A DNA stretch of 64,000 bases, taken from assembly GCA_951406725.2 (NCBI GenBank), contig OX597823.1:63426001-63490000 (forward strand), written 5' to 3'. Position 1 is the stretch's first letter. The number at the start of each line of letters is the position of its first letter. The notes under the pieces are model-generated. The model saw only the letters and a list, made by a program, of their open reading frames with translations. It did not search any database and was not told the DNA's origin. Source of the DNA: Octopus vulgaris (Eukaryota). Below are positions 12,787 to 26,221 of the stretch, piece after piece. A program made the translations under genes and the position numbers.

Positions 12787-12849
<63 letters not shown>

Positions 12850-13092
12850 GTACATTCACACGTACGTATTTAACATCGTGCAAGTGCGTATGTGCGTATG
12901 CTTGTATGTGCTTGTGCGTAGTTAATGGCCAGTAATATCTCCTTTCACAATAAGAAAAGGCGTTTACCCACTAACACTACCGAAACGGAAATGAAGTTTC
13001 CGTCAGCAACTTCATTTCTCCAACACCATCGTCGTCGTCGTCGTCCTAGTCACCCACAGCTGCCATCATCATCATCGTCATCATCATCATCG

Positions 13093-13155
<63 letters not shown>

Positions 13156-13944
13156 CCATTATTATCACCATCGTCACCATCATCATCGTCAACGTCTAAT
13201 GTTGTTGTTGTGTAGTTGTTGTTCTTGATATGAAGCTATTTAGGGCAGAATAGCATTTCATTTTCAAGAATATAATAGATTTATTTGTAAAAAAAAAAAA
13301 AGAAAAGCAAAACAAACTTTTAAAAAATACCATGCAAAAGCAGAAAATGAAAGCAAATGCAAAAGTTTCAGTTAAAAGACGTCGCGTGTTTGTGACTATT
13401 AAAGAAAGAGAATCTCTAGGTGGTATCAAATCGCTACGTCTTTGGATATATATACATTTTATTTCACCACAGAAAGTTTTCAATTTCTGATGGGAATACC
13501 AAACTTAACCCCAATGTTCTAAATTCCACAACTGATTTTCTAGTATCTAAAATATTCTTTTCTTTTTTTCTTCTTTTTCTAATCTCGCTTTCATATTGTA
13601 CGTTGGTTTAAAAATGGATTCTTGATTATTGTTCTACTACTTCATTGCCTTCCGTAATATATTGCCACCTGTTCGTTTTGCCAGAGGTGGAACCTTAGTT
13701 TTCTTTCGCTTCATTTGGAAGGAACGTATTGTTTTTGTTGTCAAAATTCTGCTGCTTGGAGCTTTCGAGGTTGCTTTGGCTAGTGATATACTGACAGGCA
13801 TCACTGCTGCAGTATCTGCAAAAAATTTGTAGACAGAGAGGTGTATAAGTAGTCTTTTGACAGACGTCAGTTACCGTTTTTCTTCAGCTTCTTGCCCTCT
13901 CCCCCAAATTTCATGTCTTGTGCCTACTGTAAAAGAATTATTAC

Positions 13945-14050
<106 letters not shown>

Positions 14051-14061
14051 TATCATCATCA

Positions 14062-15054
14062 TTATTGCCTCCGCCTTAGCGAAGGCAGAGGTATTGTTAT
14101 CAGTCGTATTTGTATGTCAGTGGTCAAGATAACTCAAGAACTGCTGGATGGATTCGGATGAGACTTTCAGGGCCTCGTGATTGGCACAAACTGATTACAT
14201 TTTGGTATCGATCCGGAACCGGACAAAGATTCTGGATTATTTGTTATATTTACTTTACTTGAAGTATTACGATCCTACGTTGACTTTCAAGTCTTTCTCT
14301 GATTATCTTCCTTGAAAGCAAGCACATGGTTTCCCCGTAAGCTATGGCAGCATTGCTATTTCCAAAGTTTCATTTTCGTTTCTCTATTATTAATTTTACT
14401 CGCGTCTCTATCTTAGAAACTGGTAGATAAAGAAATCAAGCTACATAAACAAACTCCTGCAAAACCGTTCAGAAATTAAAATAAAACTAACATATTCAGT
14501 AACAATAATAAATTTAATTTATCCTCTGCAATTTTTAGTTTTACCAATTTTGAATATATCGCTCCTCTTTAAAACTTCTTACCTACTTGACAATTGCATT
14601 TCTAGCTCTGTCTTGAAGGAAACTTTTTGTGCGCAACAATGTTGTTAAACCTCCGTTAACAGCATCTTTCTGTTTTCTTTCACGAACGGATTAATTTTCC
14701 ACTATAGACCTGAATGGTCGTAAAGACACTATTTCAATGGATAGACTAAAAAAAAAGGCTTTCATAGAGGAAACTGTCCTTGTTCCCACTGCAGACGACA
14801 CACACACAGCATTACAAACACGGTCCGCACGCTCACCTTCACATTCCATGACTACCATTGGGATTGATTAGGTACCGGACAAGAATTTTGGATTATTTTT
14901 CCATTTTATTTTAAAACTTAATTTTTGAGAGCGGTCGGGTTCATTTTTAGTATTCTCGTTTGTGAGAGCAGTCGAGTTTATTTCAGATATTGCCTTTTTA
15001 AAAACCATCTCCGGTTAATTGTTAGCGGGGGTTTGCGCTCTCTGAGTGCTCTTG
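14062..15054 (+). mobile_element. Helentron-type non-autonomous element (HINE/DINE-1-like), interrupted at ~14242-14862
   Basis: 5' ttattgcctccgcc..ggcagagg subTIR/IR; 3' gcgggggt followed by gcgctct-ctg-agtgc hairpin; both halves match 28063-28338. Confidence 0.6.
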
Positions 15055-15299
15055 CCGTTGTTATCCTCTTCTCCTCCTCCCCATCCTCCTCCTCTTCCTC
15101 CTCCTCCTCATCATCATTATGGTGGCTAAATGGAAGAATCGTCAGCACGCCGGGCGAACTGTTTAGCGGCATTTCGTCCATCCTTACATTCTGCCGAGGT
15201 CGACTTAACTTTTCATCCTTTCAGGATCAATAAAATAAAGACTAGTTGAACACCATGGTCGATGTTATCGCCTTGCTCCTCATCACAAAAAAGCATGCA

Positions 15300-15845
15300 G
15301 AATGTCGAATAGTTGTGGACCCTTGAAACCCAAGCTGTTAGCGCACTGGGTCCTTGTTATAAATGAAGAAGACGGGCACTTTGGTACCAAACAGTGCCAC
15401 CCATTCCGGTGGTTTCAATTCCAAAGATGCGGAATAGACTTTCCAGGATCTTCCTTATTTATATCTTTCACTCCATCTCTCTAGGGAATAAAGCTTCAGT
15501 TCTTTTGGTCTCTCCCAGTATCTCATCTGTTTCATCGAGCCACTCTTATTTGTGTAGTGACGCTGGATTGTCTTAAGTTCCACCACCAGTTTGACGCCCT
15601 GGGACGACTAGAGTTGGGAGCAGTAAGCCGAACGCCTGAGAACGAAAATTCTGCAAAGGAGTAGCATGGTATGCTTCTTCCTGATTCTGAACGATCTCAG
15701 AATCCATCCATGTTCTCGCCTGCACCGTGTTGCCTTCTTGGTAAAATACACATAGAATTTTGCATCATTACTCATGTGGATTCGCAGGTCGCACACCGAC
15801 TCTAATTCTGGAATTGCACTACCCTCTGGTCCTGTGTATTCCAAT
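15300..15845 (-). mobile_element. Degenerate CR1/L2-group LINE RT C-terminal fragment
   Basis: VCDLRIHMSND...ATRCRR..GWILRSF...AYCSQL resembles V(R/K)DLG..GWILRTF..LDYCSQLW. Confidence 0.65.
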
Positions 15846-16232
15846 TATTTTACATGTAATAAAACGCAATGTGCCCTGACGATGGAAAATCGTCTTATTC
15901 TATGATGGAATCTATCTACAAACATTATTATGGACCTCCAAGCTTCCAGAAGCAGTTGTTGGATTTGTAATACTGTTCCTCATCCCCTTTGATTCTCTAT
16001 ATCATTTGTATTGTGTGCAAGTGGGACCTTTTTATATGTATACGTATATACATCTTTTGTATTTCATGTGTTTAATAAACATTATATATTGATCTGTCTA
16101 ACTTGCTTATCCCTACACACACACACACACAAATACTAATATTTAACAATGGTTTCCCCCAATTGTGCACGCCCTATTTTCTATATTAATATTGTAGGCA
16201 TTTTTGACGACACGGGTATGGTAGTATATACA

Positions 16233-16272
<40 letters not shown>

Positions 16273-17532
16273 TAGTAATTATAACGATATATAATTTGGA
16301 GAGTTGTTCATCCTCAAAAATTTTTTTCCTTTTATGTTACAATTTCATACAGTATATTTCTATAGTTATTAGGCCCTACACGTATTTCCTTTGCACATAT
16401 AATGTGTTGTTGCAAATACAACCGGGCATAATTTTCAGTACAGCTTTGTTCAGGGTCTATCCACCAGCTAGTCTCGAAGGAATTTACAGATTGAGTGACA
16501 ACTCATAATTGTCACGGACGTTAAATACGAATCGATGCGGTTAACCGTAACCTGGAACATAACCGAGATCGACCACAGTATCCGCCCAGATAATATATCC
16601 CCTTAAACTCACAGTAATATGTTCGTATACATATACACACACACACACGGGCGCACGCACGCGCACGTACGCACGTATGCATACACACACACACACACAC
16701 ACGACTATTGGGGCCGTTAATAAAAATGTCAAAATTACAGAAAAGTAAGAGCATTATCTTTAACACTTCCCAAATAATATGCAAATCTGATTACCCTTAA
16801 TATGTACAACATGTTGTAGTCAATGGTCCAGTCGCTATTCAACAGTATGTTATTTCCTACAATAAATATTCTCCATAATTTCACAGATTTTGTACATGTG
16901 TACGCATTCAAAACTTCTAAAATTTATGCGCATTTACACATGGGTACATGAAATTGTGAACATAATACAAACATGTTCTGAAGGTTTTCAACGGAGATCT
17001 GGTTTAGTTTAAGCAAAATATGTGCATTTGCAACATATTTGACACATTCCATACAAAAGCTACAAATTTATTTTAACAGACATTATTATTCACATTCACT
17101 GCATAAATTCCCGAAGAACAATATTTCTTTGTATAGATATGAAGCGGTAGCAACACACCTTGGCTTTCTTAAATTTCAATTTTCAAATTACTTCTGTCAT
17201 TTGTTCTGCTTAAATCAAGAAATGCATGCTAAATAAGCTTAAAGTTGAATACACGATACCTCTTTGTAAGTTGAATATAAAAGGTAACAGGAATATAGTG
17301 GAACGTATGAAGTAGGATAATTAATAGTAGAGTTGATGTATATTGAGATTCGCCAACACTACACCTGATTTTCTCCCCTCCATACACTGTTCACTTTCCA
17401 GACATTTGTACATTACTGCATATGCTTTATACGCTCTTTGACAAGTTGTGGTGCACCTGAGCTCTTTAAACAATAATTTCATTATTATTATTATTATATT
17501 ATTATATACAAACACATTCCACGTATTAAATA

Positions 17533-18057
17533 CTAGCAAGCATAGCCCGGCATAGCCCGGTATTGCCCGGGTATGTAAGAGCCCCTGGAGCAGACATGAT
17601 GCTCGCTGTGAATTTTAAAAAAATTCCTGCCAATTTGTTAAAGATGTTGTCGAAAATATGTCATCTTGAATTTGAACGCGATTTCCCAAAATGGCATGAT
17701 TTTATCGATTTTTTCTGATGGTAAGGTATTGCATGGAAAACTAACGTCAGAATTAAGTTTCTTAGGGTAACATTAAGCTTCACCATGAGTTTGGTCAAAA
17801 TCGATTGCATGTTGCGAAAACTACCGCAGAAAATGTGTTGCAAATAAAAAGCTTAGATTCTCGACCCCATGTCGAATTTATTAATATTTTTCAGACTGGA
17901 GGAACTTTTCAAAATTTTCGCTGCGTTAGTTTTGAATTATGACATTGGGCTATGTGTGTGTCAAGTTTCATCAGAATCGGTTGAAAGCCGTGGTCAGGGT
18001 GAGGGTACAACCTGACAGACACACAGACAGACAAACTGCCGTTTATATATATAGAGA
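17533..18057 (-). mobile_element. Complete non-autonomous Helitron
   Basis: Minus strand starts A|TC, ends cccgggcaataccggg hairpin...CTAG|T; body matches 61086-61625. Confidence 0.9.
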
Positions 18058-18163
18058 TAAATTGATGACACGTCGCGTATAAGATACTAATTAGAATTAA
18101 TTATGAGTAAAAGGAGAAAAATTAATTTGATCATTAGAATTTATGAGCATAAAAGCATTAGTT

Positions 18164-18453
18164 GAGCCTTATGAGACGAAGAAGAATGAAGCTTCGAATA
18201 CAAGAAAATAAACAGAAGGACATGATCGAATAATTTAGAAAGTAGATCATATAAAGTGGGACAAATTCAACTGCTTCAAATGTTATACTCCTACAAAATG
18301 AAAATAATTGTAGAACATAAATAAATAACAGAAAGGGTCTTTCGACTATCATATAAGCATAGTAGAGCCTTATGAGACGAAGAAGAATGAAGCTTCGAAT
18401 AAAAGAAAATAAACAGAAGGACATGATCGAATAATTTAGAAAGTAGATCATAT
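18164..18453. repeat. ~89-bp direct duplication, 201 bp apart
   Basis: gagccttatgagacgaagaag...aagtagatcatat at 18164 and 18365. Confidence 0.85.
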
Positions 18454-18745
18454 CATGGCAGAGGGGTTAAAGAATAAGAGGGAGGGGCGGAAAGAGGGAC
18501 TAAGGAATAAGAGAGAGGGAAAAGAAATCAGAGGGACTAAAGAATGTGAGGGGGGAGAAGAGAGACAGAGAGAAGCAGAGAGGCAGAGAGAGAGAGAGAG
18601 AAAAAGGTACCAGGGAGACAAGCGAGTAAGGAAAGCAGAGGGAGGAGGGAAAAAGAAGGAATAAGCAATAAGAGAGAAGGAAAATGAAATCAGAGGGTCT
18701 GAGGAACGAGAGGGAGGGAAAGATAGAGAGATAGAGAGATAGATA

Positions 18746-18811
<66 letters not shown>

Positions 18812-18825
18812 AAAGCAGGGAAGGC

Positions 18826-19031
18826 CACCGATGTTATCCAAGGCAAAGGCAAAGGGGTCAATACAGCTTGGCACCAGTGACGCCGCAACTCATTTCTACA
18901 GCTGAATAAACTGGAGCAACGTGAAATAAAGTGTCTTTCTCAAGAACACAACGCGCAGCCCGGTCCGGGATTCGAACTCCCGACCTCACGGTCGTAAGTT
19001 CGATGCTTTATCCACTGAGCAATCCGCCTTC
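18826..19031 (-). mobile_element. tRNA-derived SINE family C (CORE-like)
   Basis: B-box gagttcgaatcc; cttgagaaagacactttatttcacgttgctccag core shared with 56921 and 55697. Confidence 0.75.
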
Positions 19032-19040
19032 ACACACACA

Positions 19041-19075
<35 letters not shown>

Positions 19076-19199
19076 CACACACACCACACACAGACATATG
19101 CATATCTATATATATACAAACATACATACAAAATCAATATACGCATATATACATTATACATACACACACACACATACACACATCTCTTTAGAAACAACT

Positions 19200-19700
19200 G
19201 GCTAAGAAGGAAAGGACATCAGAATCAGCTGTGTGTTATATTGGAACCAAAAGCGGCCATTAAAATAGACCAGTAATCGTGAGAACCGATAAAGATCAAA
19301 AGAGGTGTAAGACAAGGATGTGAATTATGAACATACCCATTTAATTTTGACACCGAGTATATATGCATAGAGTCAAATGAGATCAATGAAATCACGGTTA
19401 ATAGCATTAACACAAACGATGTAAGATGTATTGATAATACAGTATTATAAGCAAACAGAAATGGGAAATTACAAGAAACTGTTTATGTTGTGAAGGAACA
19501 TTATGATAAGAAAGGTAAAAGTATAACTATAGAACCAATACTAAACGCTGATTGAGTGAAACTCGAGCAAGCGAAAGATCTCAAGAATTTAGGACAATTA
19601 GTAAATCAGAAAAGACGCTGTGAAGAGCTGACACAAAGAATATAAAAAAAGGCTACAAGAACATTAATAAGAATGAAAATGATCATCATTTCAAAAGACA
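19200..19700 (+). mobile_element. Highly degenerate RTE-like RT fragment
   Basis: IKRGVRQGC motif followed by a decayed YADD region; multiple stops. Confidence 0.55.
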
Positions 19701-19726
19701 TAATACTGCTCCTATATGATCATCTG

Positions 19727-19989
19727 GCGCAGGCATGGTGGTGTGGTAAGTCCGCGGGTTCAGTCTCACTGCGTGGCACCTTAGGCAAGTGTCTTCTACT
19801 ATAGCCTTGGGTCAACCAAAACCTTGTGAGTGGATTTGGTAGATGGAAACTGAAAGAGACCCAAATGTGTGTGTGTGTTGACAACCGGTATTGGTTTGTT
19901 TACGTCCCCATAACACAACGGTTTGGCAAAACAGACTGATAGAATAAGTACCAGGTGTATAAAAATAAATACTGGAGTCAATTCGTTCG
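19727..19989 (+). mobile_element. SINE family B
   Basis: ggcgcaggcatgg..gtgtggtaag head; accttaggcaagtgtcttctactatagc core. Confidence 0.8.
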
Positions 19990-20115
19990 ATTGTATCAGG
20001 GCATAGAAGCCACGAGAGACACTGCCTGGTATTGTATCAGGGCACAGAAGCCGCGAGAGTCACTGCCTGGTATTGTAATAGGGCATAGAAGCCACGAGAG
20101 TCACTGCCTGGTATT
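19990..20115. repeat. 3 x 41-bp tandem repeat; related unit at 21540-21596
   Basis: attgtatcagggcatagaagccacgagagacactgcctggt at 19990, 20031, 20072. Confidence 0.85.
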
Positions 20116-20649
20116 TACTAAGATTAGTAAACTGTCAAATAATGCCAATTGCCTTCTATGGGGCAGGAATATAGGCAACGTGCATAACTGGACAGAAAAA
20201 GATAGAAACCTTTGAAATGCTCTCGTCTTTCACAGACGGGGCAGGATAAGTTGGAAGGACAGAGCGATAAATGCTGGAGTAATACAAAAGCTGAAAGCTT
20301 AATGACACCTTTTCTTGAGAATGGAATCCACAAGCTATCATATTTTGACATACAATGCACCACGAGTCAAAGCCCAAGACCAACGTGACAGATAGTGTCC
20401 GGAGAAAGAGAGTGAAAAACCGCCAAAGTCGTTTGTGAATCGATGAAAGAAGAGCGTGGCTGATTGTATGCATACAGCACAACACAGAAGGAACCGGAGT
20501 CTTGGCAAGCCGACCACTGGACAAAAGGAAAGTTTGGCTACATACACACACACACACTAAAAAAATAGGGAATTGAGTCGATAAAACCCTGACTATATAT
20601 GTTATATAGCTAACGGAACCGCGAAAGTAGTAAATTATCCAAAACGAGG

Positions 20650-20755
<106 letters not shown>

Positions 20756-20760
20756 CATCA

Positions 20761-21125
20761 GACGCAGGCGTGGTGGTGTGGTAAGTTCTCGGGTTTAGTC
20801 CCACTGCGTGGCGCCTTAGGCAAGTGTTTTCTACTATAGCCTCGGGTCAACCAAAGCATTGTGAGTGGATTTGGTAGATGGAAACTGAAAGGGACCCAAT
20901 CTATGTGTGTGTGTGGGTGTGTGTGTGTGGGTGTGTGTGTGTGTGTATATATGTTGACAACCGGTGTTGGTTTGTTTACGTCCCCGTAACACATAGGTTT
21001 GGCAAAAGAGATCGATAGAATATGTTCCAGGAGTATAAAAATAAATACTGGGGTCGATTCGTTCGACTAAAATTCTTCAAGCCAGTGTCCAAGTATGGCT
21101 GTAGTTTAATGACAAACAAATAAAA
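20761..21125 (+). mobile_element. SINE family B
   Basis: Matches 38561-38996. Confidence 0.8.
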
Positions 21126-21639
21126 AATTAAAGAATATATATATGAAGATAAACAGCGCATGACCTTGCAGGTGAGTCTCAGTTAGCGTTTTCTTTAGAT
21201 CGAGTAGCCCATCCTGCACAAAAGGTCTTTGAATAAGGGCTGTTAAAAATGCTGAATGAAACACCCATGTTTCCAGAGGTGAATTATTCATACCTCAAAG
21301 ATTTCCTCTCAACACATGGCTATGAATGCTTCTTCTCACTACTGCTCGTGATCAGAGGCGCACATATCGTCAGCCACTAAGCGGCGCACATATCGACAAC
21401 AGGTTAAGTTCAAGCAACTGACCAGTAAATCTGTTGAGCAGCATGTTTGCAGTAGCCCATCCTTTACATTACGACAAAACATGTATACGATAACACTTCC
21501 AACCATTTAAGATCAAAATCCTTGAGAGCAATTGATTGGTATTGCGTCAGGGTATACAAGCCACGAGAGCCACTGCCTGGTATTGTATCAGGGCATTCTC
21601 ATATTGCATCAGTTATTATTATTAGATAACGGCCACAAG

Positions 21640-21855
21640 GTTGCAAGCTGGTAGAATGGTTACCGCGCTGGGTAAGATGCTTAGCGGCATTTAGTCTGTC
21701 TTTACGTTCTGAGTTCAAATTCCGTGGAGGTCAACTTTATCTTTCATACTTTCGGGGTCAATAATATAATTACCAGTTGTGTACTGGGATCGATGTAATC
21801 GACCAACCCTCTCCCCAAATGTCAGGCTTTGTGCCTATAGTGGAAAGGATTATTA
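21640..21855 (+). mobile_element. SINE family A, diverged
   Basis: ttctgagttcaaatt...ttcggggtc...taccagtt; tail gtgcctatagtggaaaggattatta (same tail at window start 1-30). Confidence 0.7.
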
Positions 21856-22371
21856 AATAACAGCTATTTTTGGGAAAGATATGAACTTTACCAATCATAC
21901 AACGGTTTTTTTTTTCTAAAATATGGAATTTTTTTTTTAATATTTTATCAAAGGAAGGAAAAACAAATACCACAAATAATTTTATCCCTTTCCTCATTTC
22001 CGTCTTTACATGCTATTTTCTGCTTCAGTGGACTTTGTCGTTTTCATATATTTTCAATCTAATGACGAAACCGAAAACCGAGGATGATTTGCTTTGTGTT
22101 CTCTTTGTATTAAGTCCCCAAAGTTATACATCCATTATATAAATTCCCTATACACTACCACAGACAAAATAATTAACAATTGAAGAGTGCTTGGCGTTTC
22201 TCCAGATTTATTAACCATCACCACCACTACCACCACTACCACCATGATCAATTATAGCAACCAGCCATGAAGCTTCTACGTGATCACTGGACCTGCTAGA
22301 AATAGCAGTCAAAACCTCACTAATATTTATCACCACCATCTTGAGAGCAATTATATACTGGATACTGTACG

Positions 22372-22700
22372 CCTTGATGCATGGAAGCACTCCGTCGGTT
22401 ACGACGATGAGGGTTCCGGTTGATCCGAATCAACGGAACAGCCTGCTCGTGAAATTAGCGTGTAAGTGGCTGAGCACTCCACACACACATGCACCCGTAA
22501 CGTAGTTCTCGGGGATATTCAGCGTGACACAGAGAGTGACAAGGCCGGCCCCTTGAAATACAGGTACAACAGAAACAGGAAGTAAGAGTGAGAGAAAGTT
22601 GTGGTGAAAGAGTACAGCAGGGATCACCACCATCCCCTGCCGGAGCCTCGTGGAGCTTTTAGGTGTTTTCGCTCAATAAACACTCACAACGCCCGATCTG
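22372..22700 (-). mobile_element. SINE family C variant
   Basis: Shares segments with 24555-24735, 37455-37590 and 55850-56016. Confidence 0.75.
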
Positions 22701-24554
22701 ACTCCTTGATGCATAATGGCGTGGTCATGACAAGAATAACTTTGATTATAGTCTGCTGGAGGGAGACTGAACCGGGGGTTAAACAACAGCAATAACGACT
22801 ACGATAGCAAGAACAGTAACAACAGCATCAGCAACAAAAAGGAACTAAGTAGTGAGTCTCTATGTCAACCGTAAACTTGCTAGAAATAATAGCCAAATTT
22901 CACTTACACCGCACTAAATTCTTTGTAAGAAGGATACAGCGGATGATGTGGCCCTAGCTGGTCCTTGGGAGTCTTTATCAGGGTCCACGCTATTGCAAGC
23001 ATTCCTGTAAAATTTCAGGTTTGAATGTAACTTACCCCTTCTTCACACTTATCTCGGAGGCCGTGAAAATAGTCATGAGTTTTCCTCTGCTCTTCTGAAG
23101 AAGTGATAAGAATTTGATTTAAAAAATGTGATGGTCACGACTAGAGTAAATTTGATCATAGGTCTACGCAGTCAGGACTGCCCGGGGCTAAACAACATCA
23201 CAACTACAGCAGTAGCAACAGTAGCAACAGCAGCATCAACGTGGTGGCCATGGATTGGGTTTCATTTTCTCTCAGCCCATTCCTAAATTTCTTTGACAGA
23301 TGTCACCAAGGGAAACACCAAGTCAAATGTAACTAATTGCAAACGAGGCCAGTCGCTATTCATGGAACATAAATAGTTATAATAGTTATTTGAAACTCAG
23401 AATTCGTGACTATTTATATGGTTTCTCATTTCTTTCTGTTATTATTATGCTTAATTTAAATTCAACTGGTTGGAGATTGAATATTTGCAAATTCTGCACT
23501 TAATTGAAAAGATTACATTTGATACTATGTAGAAACAGGCCAGAAACGTGAGCCAATGAGAAACTCCTCGCCCGGGTGTAAAACCTTCACCCTCATTCAA
23601 ATTTGAAATCGCTCGGCGAACAAATTTCTCTAAAGGCCCGCTGGGAGCGGAAAACAAAACAAAACAAAACAAAAAGCCTGAAGACCAAAATTGTAATTTA
23701 ATAAGAATTATTTTCAATGCTCCAACTAAGATATATGATGCATTATAACTGGTTAATTAAAACATTTCACTATTTTAATTAATGTATAATTGCTTGCAAA
23801 TCTATGAATTTAAGAAATTTAAAGAGCCGTATTTTTCTCAGTGTATTTGTTCCTCAGCAGGTGGTTGTGTACTTGAAGTTCGACATAGGAACTAAAATGG
23901 TATAATCCCCCCACCCCTTGTTGGTTAGATTTTCTAGAATTGGCAGTCAAATTTCACACAAATTACACACCTTACAACCATCTCAAGAAAAGCGAAAGTA
24001 GAGAAAAGAACGGAAGAGCAGTAGTGCCAGATGCACATTCTGCAAATAAGGCAAATTGGTCTCAATAGGAAATACCTCTTAACTAGGGCTGGTATGGGAC
24101 TAGAAAGCAATAAACAATAAACAACAACAGCAGCAGCAGCATCAGCGGCTACAGCAACAACCACGACAGTAGCAAGAACAATAGCAACAACTACAACGTC
24201 ATCATCCTCATCATCGTTCATCATCATCGTCATCGTCGTCGTCGTCGTCGCCGTCGTCATCGTCATCATCATCATCATCAAGAGGAGCAACCACAGCAGT
24301 AACAGCAGCAACCACAGCAGCAACAGCAGCAGCAGCCGTCCAAGAATTTGGACCTGGAGATCTCTATTTCCAGCGACTTCGAGGGCCACCTCCCAGTGGT
24401 GTCGAGCGTCAAGGAAGAGCCCTCGACTACAACAAGACGACCCATGTTTTTTTTTTTTACTCCAAGGTCTGTGGTCTCCCGCCCCTAAGCCCTAGACCAT
24501 CACCTAATCACCCTTACCCGTCTTGTTGCTTAACAACAACCACAACAGCAGCAG

Positions 24555-24880
24555 CATAGGGCAGCGGACTCGCGGTCGGAGGATAGCGGTTTCGATTCCC
24601 AGATCGGGTGTTGTGTGTGTTTATTGAGCGAAAACACCTAAAGCTCCACGAGGCTCCGGCAGGGGGTGGTGGCGACCTCTGTTGTACGCTTTCGCCCCAA
24701 CTTTCTCTCATTCTTTCTTCCTGTTTCTTGTCCCCGACTTCCTACGCAGCCGCTGAGCCTGGATGCGCATTCATCCATCCGTCGATGCTCTCGGTGTCGG
24801 GGGTTAACCTGCTTTCTCTTCTGCGGGTCTTACGAATAGCAAAGGACCACGTTTCAGACTACTCCCACTACAGACAATCC
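24555..24880 (+). mobile_element. tRNA-headed SINE family C variant with a different 3' region
   Basis: gcggtttcgattcccag B-box; 24600-24730 is the reverse complement of 22570-22700. Confidence 0.7.
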
Positions 24881-25104
24881 TGAGGCACGATCTTGCGAGC
24901 TGTGGGATGAAGACCACTTCTCTTAACAAACATGCAGCAACAGCAATAACGACAACAACAACAACGGCAACAATGATAACAAGCTGTAACTGTATCAAAA
25001 CATTATCAGCAGTAACATTACTTATAACAGACTAATACACTAATTTTTAAAAAATGTGGAACATCACGTTAAAATTTGCAAATAAAGAGCAAATTTATTG
25101 GTCT

Positions 25105-25290
25105 TAGATTCTGGCACAAGGTCAACAACATCGACCCTAGTGTTCAACTGGTACTTATTTTATCGACCACCGAAAGGATGAAAGGTGAAGTCGACCGCGG
25201 CGGAATTTGACCTCAGGTCGTAAAGACGGACGAAATACTTCTAAGAAATTTTGCCTGGCGTGCTTAACGATTCTGCCAGTTCGCCGCCTT
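25105..25290 (-). mobile_element. SINE family A
   Basis: Core and head match 39626-39855. Confidence 0.75.
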
Positions 25291-25805
25291 GAAGAGCTAG
25301 ATAATTTACTCTAGAACAATTACTGGAAGAGACAACATGAGGAAAAGACACGGAAAGATGCAATGTATGTTGAACTCTGAATACCGTGTCTTTCTGGAAG
25401 GAGATGGCAACAAGTGAGGAAGATCATTGTTTGAGAAGAAATGTCCAATAGACGTAAATATGCGTAAACTTTAACTAAACTGATGATGATGATGAGGAGG
25501 AGGAGGAGGAGAGGAGGAGAACGACGACGACGAGGTGACATTGTTGTTATGGTTCGTATTATTGTAGCATAGTCTGTCATCTCTGATTAATCAGACATAG
25601 AATGACTGGGGCTCAAATGGCAATTTTTCTGCCTTTGTATAAAGCATTCGACTTACAATATCAACTGTATCCTTCGTTTTAATAACACAGCAAAGTGTGA
25701 TATGAAGAAGATTCAACTGCTATTTCTAATAGATGCCACATCTACCCTAGAGGGTTATTTACATTATTTACATTATTTATATTTGTACTCACCTTGTTTG
25801 TTGTT

Positions 25806-25851
25806 AATACAACGTTTCGGCTGATATACTCTCCAGCCTTCTTCAGGTGTC
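25806..25851 (-). ncRNA. Minimal type-I hammerhead ribozyme motif (left arm)
   Basis: GACAC-CTGAAGA-A-GGCTG(10 nt)CAGCC-GAAA-C-GTT-GTATT; one mismatch in helix I. Confidence 0.75.
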
Positions 25852-25935
25852 TTGGGGGAAATGTCGAACCTGGATTCTCATTCCTGAGGTATTTTTCGAT
25901 GTTATTATTATTATTATCATTTAGTTAGTTAGTTA

Positions 25936-26012
<77 letters not shown>

Positions 26013-26175
26013 CATTATTATTGTTCAGATCACTGCTTGGAATCGAACTCGGAATGTTGGGGTTAGTAGCCCCAAGATTCCGAGTTCGATTCCAAGCAGT
26101 AACCTGAACAACAACAATAATAATAATATCGAAAAATACCTTACTAATGAGAACCCAGGTTCGAAATTTCCCCAA

Positions 26176-26221
26176 GACACCTGATGAAGGTTGGAGGGTA
26201 TATCAGCCGAAACGTTGTGTT
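26176..26221 (+). ncRNA. Minimal type-I hammerhead ribozyme motif (right arm)
   Basis: GACAC-CTGATGA-A-GGTTG(10 nt)CAGCC-GAAA-C-GTT-GTGTT. Confidence 0.82.

Noticed and set aside
20020-20045. cctggtattg similarity to U2 snRNA stem-loop IV
   Set aside because: Only about 10 nt match and no other U2 sequence nearby
23450-23720. Possible promoter (CCAAT, ttcaaatttgaa palindrome, GC-richer patch)
   Set aside because: No linked gene or TSS evidence; such motifs are common in old transposons
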